Below, in pieces: positions 60,801 to 64,000 of a DNA stretch of 64,000 nt (positions are counted from its first letter, which is position 1; every line of letters starts with the position of its first letter). Location of the stretch: assembly GCA_918797485.1 (NCBI GenBank), contig CAKKNE010000006.1:558001-622000 (forward strand), written 5' to 3'. Origin of the DNA: Pelagomonas calceolata (taxonomy: Eukaryota). The translations under genes were made by a program, and so were the position numbers. The notes below the pieces were generated by a model, which did no database searches, had not been told where the DNA came from, and saw only the letters and a program-made list of their open reading frames with translations.

Positions 60801-62861
60801 ATGAGCCGGAGAGGCTGCGCGTGCGATGGTCCAGTAGAGAAAACGCCATTTGGAGCAGACGTCCAGCTGTTCGCAGACCTGCGAGTAACACTGCCGCCCC
60901 CACTGCCGCCGAGCGATGCCGCGCACGACTCGTGTTACTGGCCGTACGGCGCGCGAAACGAAGAAGAGTACGACGCGAAAGTAGCGCGCAACGAGCTCCT
61001 GCAGATGGGGCCGTACGAGCGCGCGGCGCTGCGGGAATGCATGCCGAGGATCCGCAGCCTGGACGGCCGCCAGTTTCAGCTGGCCCTGAAGCAGTACGCG
61101 AAGACCGAGCGGTTTAGATACGCGGCCGCAAGGATGCCGGCCTGGTTCGCCGAAGGGTGCCGGACGGGCGCTTTCGCGCCGTACGTCGCCGGCGAGGAGG
61201 CCGCGCGCGCCGCCGCCGCGCCGCCGTCGGCGCCTGCGAGAAGGGCGCCCGCCGCGGCGCCGCCGCGGAGACGACTTCTGCGCGGCGGCGCGCGGCGGCG
61301 GCCGCCGCCGCCGGTCCCGGCGGCCGTCGAGCCCGACGAGCCCGACGTCGAGGAGAAGATCGACGTGAGAAGGCTGACGGCGGCGGACTACAACAAGCCG
61401 GGCGCCTCCATGGCCGAGAAGGACGAGACCCTAATAGCTTTATTGGATGCGTGTCGAAAGGGCGTGTTCGGCGAGGAGCTCCGGGACTGCGACGTGCCGA
61501 AGAGCTGCGTGGTGGCGGAGGACTACCCGCTCGGCGTGCACGTGGATAGACGACGCGGCACCTTCGGCCGCAACGGCGGCGACGCCGCCGACGCGGAACT
61601 GCTGGCCGCGGGCTTCGTGCCGGTTAGTGGTCGAAGCAACGTGGCGAGGGTGGACGAGGCGCTCGAGCGGTACAGGCCGGTGCTGCGGGCCGCGGCGAAG
61701 CAAGGGCTAATGTCGACGTCGTCGAAGGAGATTGCGGACGGCGTCGCCATGTTGGCACGGTGGGTACGGAGGGCGCGCCCGTCGGACGCCGTCGGGAGGG
61801 CCTACCTCGATCTCGCCGTGGAGCTGAGCGCTGATGCGGAGCCGAAGAACATTCCGTCTTACAACGGCAAACAGTACTGGGCGTACCGCATCGGGGCCGA
61901 GGCGAGCGCCGTGCTGGCGCGTGCGAACGCGGAGGAGGACGACGACGACGAGGACGATGAGGACGCGCCGCTGCCCGCGAAGCGGCCGAGAAAGAAGGTC
62001 ACCTACGCAAGCGACGACGAGGACCAGGACGAAGGGGTGGCCTTCGTTGCTCAGGAGGACGACGGCTGCGACTCGGCTGACGAGGACGTATTTGACGACG
62101 AGGAGGACGACAACGACGCGCCCGCGGCTCAGCAAGGGACTGACGGGCCCGACGAGTCCGACGACAAGAAGATCGACGTGAGAAGGCTGACGGCGGCGGA
62201 CTACAACAAGCCGGGCGCCTCCATGGCCGAGAAGGACGAGACCCTAATAGCTTTATTGGATGCGTGTCGAAAGGGCGTGTTCGGCGAGGAGCTCAAGGAC
62301 TGCGACGTGCCGCAGAGCTGCGTAGTGGCGGAGGGCTACCCGCTCGGCGTGCACATGAATAGACGACGTGACACCTTCGGCCGCGGCGACAACGACGCAG
62401 CCGACGCGAAACTGCTGGCAGCGGGCTTCGTGCCGGTTAGCGCGAGAAGCACTGTGGCGAGGGTGGACGAGACGTTCCTGCGGGTCGCGCCGGTGCTGCG
62501 GAACGCGGCGAAGTGCGAGCTCGGGACGACGTCATCGGCGGAGATTCAGAACGCCGTCGCCACGTTGACAACGTGGGTACGGAAGGCGCGCACGTCGGAC
62601 GCCGTCGGGAAGGCCTACCTCAAGCTCGCAGTGGAGCTGGGCGGCCTGGCGCCGAAGAATGCGAGGGGCGGCCCGTGGGGCACCGGCGTTTACTGGGCGC
62701 ACCGCCTCGCGAAGCAGGCGCGCGCCGTGCTCGCGGGCGACGCGCCGCCGCCGCGGACGAAGAAGAAGGCTGCTGCTCCCAAGAAGCGGGCTTCGTCGCC
62801 GCCGCGCCTGCCGCCCAAGAAGCGCGCGAAGCCGGTCAAGAAGCGGTCGGGGCGGCGCTAG
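60801..62861 (+). CDS. Hypothetical nuclear protein with two copies of a ~185-aa module containing a helicase-associated (HA)-like motif
   Basis: DCDVP.SCVVAE.YPLGVH..RRR twice; acidic linker; basic NLS-like tail. Confidence 0.65.
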   Translation: MSRRGCACDGPVEKTPFGADVQLFADLRVTLPPPLPPSDAAHDSCYWPYGARNEEEYDAKVARNELLQMGPYERAALRECMPRIRSLDGRQFQLALKQYAKTERFRYAAARMPAWFAEGCRTGAFAPYVAGEEAARAAAAPPSAPARRAPAAAPPRRRLLRGGARRRPPPPVPAAVEPDEPDVEEKIDVRRLTAADYNKPGASMAEKDETLIALLDACRKGVFGEELRDCDVPKSCVVAEDYPLGVHVDRRRGTFGRNGGDAADAELLAAGFVPVSGRSNVARVDEALERYRPVLRAAAKQGLMSTSSKEIADGVAMLARWVRRARPSDAVGRAYLDLAVELSADAEPKNIPSYNGKQYWAYRIGAEASAVLARANAEEDDDDEDDEDAPLPAKRPRKKVTYASDDEDQDEGVAFVAQEDDGCDSADEDVFDDEEDDNDAPAAQQGTDGPDESDDKKIDVRRLTAADYNKPGASMAEKDETLIALLDACRKGVFGEELKDCDVPQSCVVAEGYPLGVHMNRRRDTFGRGDNDAADAKLLAAGFVPVSARSTVARVDETFLRVAPVLRNAAKCELGTTSSAEIQNAVATLTTWVRKARTSDAVGKAYLKLAVELGGLAPKNARGGPWGTGVYWAHRLAKQARAVLAGDAPPPRTKKKAAAPKKRASSPPRLPPKKRAKPVKKRSGRR
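61354..62294 (+). repeat. Intragenic duplication with a 128-bp identical block (61354-61481 = 62167-62294)
   Basis: Direct comparison; offset 813 bp, in frame. Confidence 0.9.
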
Positions 62862-62910
62862 GGCGCCTGTATACTGTCTATAGAATTTAAACCAAAACGC
62901 TTTAATACTA

Positions 62911-64000
62911 CTACTGCGGCGCGATCTCGTACGCCAGGATCGCGTCGAGCGACGTCTCGCCGTTCGAGATCTTGGCGAGGTCGACGACGAGCGCCTTGAA
63001 GCGCGGCTTTTGCGCGACCAAGGCGCACAGCGCCGCGTGGACGCGCCGCCGCTCGCCGACGGGGAGCTTCGCGTCGAACAACGCGTCGTCGCCGAGCGCG
63101 TCGCCGAGCCAGGCCACGGCGTTCGACGACGGCGCCGCCGCGGCGACGGCGTGGAGGCACTCGCTCAGCGCCGGCCTCAGCTGCGACGGCGCGGGCCCGG
63201 CGAGGACCCGGATTGCCTCGCGGCAGGCCGCGGCGCCGTGCGCCCCGAGCTGATGTCGGTGGGCCTCGTCCTGCGTCGCCCGCTTCGCGAGGGCGCCCAG
63301 CAGGTTCGCCGCGGCGCGGCCCGCGGACCCGCCGGCGTCGGCGGCGCCCAGGCATCGTATGCAAAACGCCCAGAGCGCGCCGCAAAACTCCGAGGGCGCT
63401 GACAACGTCGACGGAGCCAGCGCGCAGAGCCGCACGAGCAGGGAAAACATTTCTGATGAAGGTGTGTTGTGTCGCGCCGCGGCCGCGACGACGCGCTGCG
63501 CGACGGTCGAGAGCAAGGCGGCGCCGTCGGCGCGCGAGGCGCACGCGTCGACGACCTTCGCCAGAGCTTCCAATGAGGACGCCCAGGCGTGCGCCTCCCA
63601 ATACACTAAGGCGACATTTGCGAGTTGTTGTGCGTCCTCCACCGAAGGGTCCTCCTTCAGCGCGGCGCTCGCGTGGCACCTTAATGCAGAACCGACGACG
63701 ACCTCGTCCAGGGCCAACGGAGGCGCGTGGCACGCGCTCAGCAGCGGCATGAGTCGTACGGCGAGCTGCTGCCGTAGTTGTGGCGGCGCGAAGCTTGCAC
63801 ATGTGTCACATAATTGCAACGCGTGGACGACGCGCTTGAAGGCCCGCACCTTCGCGTCGACGTCCACGGCATTTATGGCCGCCTCGACGCAGACCTTGAG
63901 GGCGTCGACGAGTGGAGCGCACGTTTTTGAGGCGACGTCGACAGAAACATGGGACGCCGCGCGCGCGACGCCCTCCACCACCGAACAGGCCGACTCGTCT
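62911..64000 (-). CDS. HEAT/ARM-repeat protein (importin-13/transportin-3-like C-terminus), 5' end outside window
   Basis: Alpha-helical Ala/Leu-rich ORF that appears to continue to the window edge; C-terminal 'RFKALVVDLAKISNG'. Confidence 0.5.
   Translation of the reverse strand, partial: DESACSVVEGVARAASHVSVDVASKTCAPLVDALKVCVEAAINAVDVDAKVRAFKRVVHALQLCDTCASFAPPQLRQQLAVRLMPLLSACHAPPLALDEVVVGSALRCHASAALKEDPSVEDAQQLANVALVYWEAHAWASSLEALAKVVDACASRADGAALLSTVAQRVVAAAARHNTPSSEMFSLLVRLCALAPSTLSAPSEFCGALWAFCIRCLGAADAGGSAGRAAANLLGALAKRATQDEAHRHQLGAHGAAACREAIRVLAGPAPSQLRPALSECLHAVAAAAPSSNAVAWLGDALGDDALFDAKLPVGERRRVHAALCALVAQKPRFKALVVDLAKISNGETSLDAILAYEIAPQ

Noticed and set aside
1..64000. Autonomous transposase, tRNA or rRNA genes
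   Set aside because: No DDE/hAT transposase motifs or structured RNA genes were recognisable by eye.

Overview
This is gene-dense, GC-rich eukaryotic nuclear DNA with about 35 mostly single-exon genes and short intergenic spacers. Gene content (ISWI, cytochrome b5, ERGIC, Tim17-family, plastid-targeted proteins) and intron style suggest a pelagophyte alga (Pelagomonas/Aureococcus-like); this is inference only. No rRNA, tRNA or CRISPR could be supported. Two non-coding systems stand out. (1) A family of transposon-derived spliceosomal introns (introner-like). One pristine copy (50103-50303) has 15-bp TIRs CTGTGYGGAAATCAA and a perfect 8-bp TSD GTGGGACG, with the donor GT in the TSD and the acceptor AG at the TIR end. 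Progressively decayed relatives of 64-217 bp share a core ACGCCATCGACGCG, and splicing them rejoins ORFs split in the six-frame track. (2) A CTAG-bounded ~22-bp element (consensus CTAGCGGCNTGTAAGACACTAG) occurs 10 times, always outside coding sequence and upstream of a gene or ORF, often in divergent promoters. A second, rarer motif GGTGCTAGGACTAGTGG also recurs. Other points of interest: unusual domain fusions (Tudor-CXXC-MBD-PHD-Tudor reader; JmjC-like+CutC-like; tandem O-methyltransferases; CSD-LOTUS-CCCH), a back-to-back inverted pair of TPR-gene fragments, and an apparent nucleosome-scale CG periodicity. All product calls come from motif recognition by eye, not database searches.
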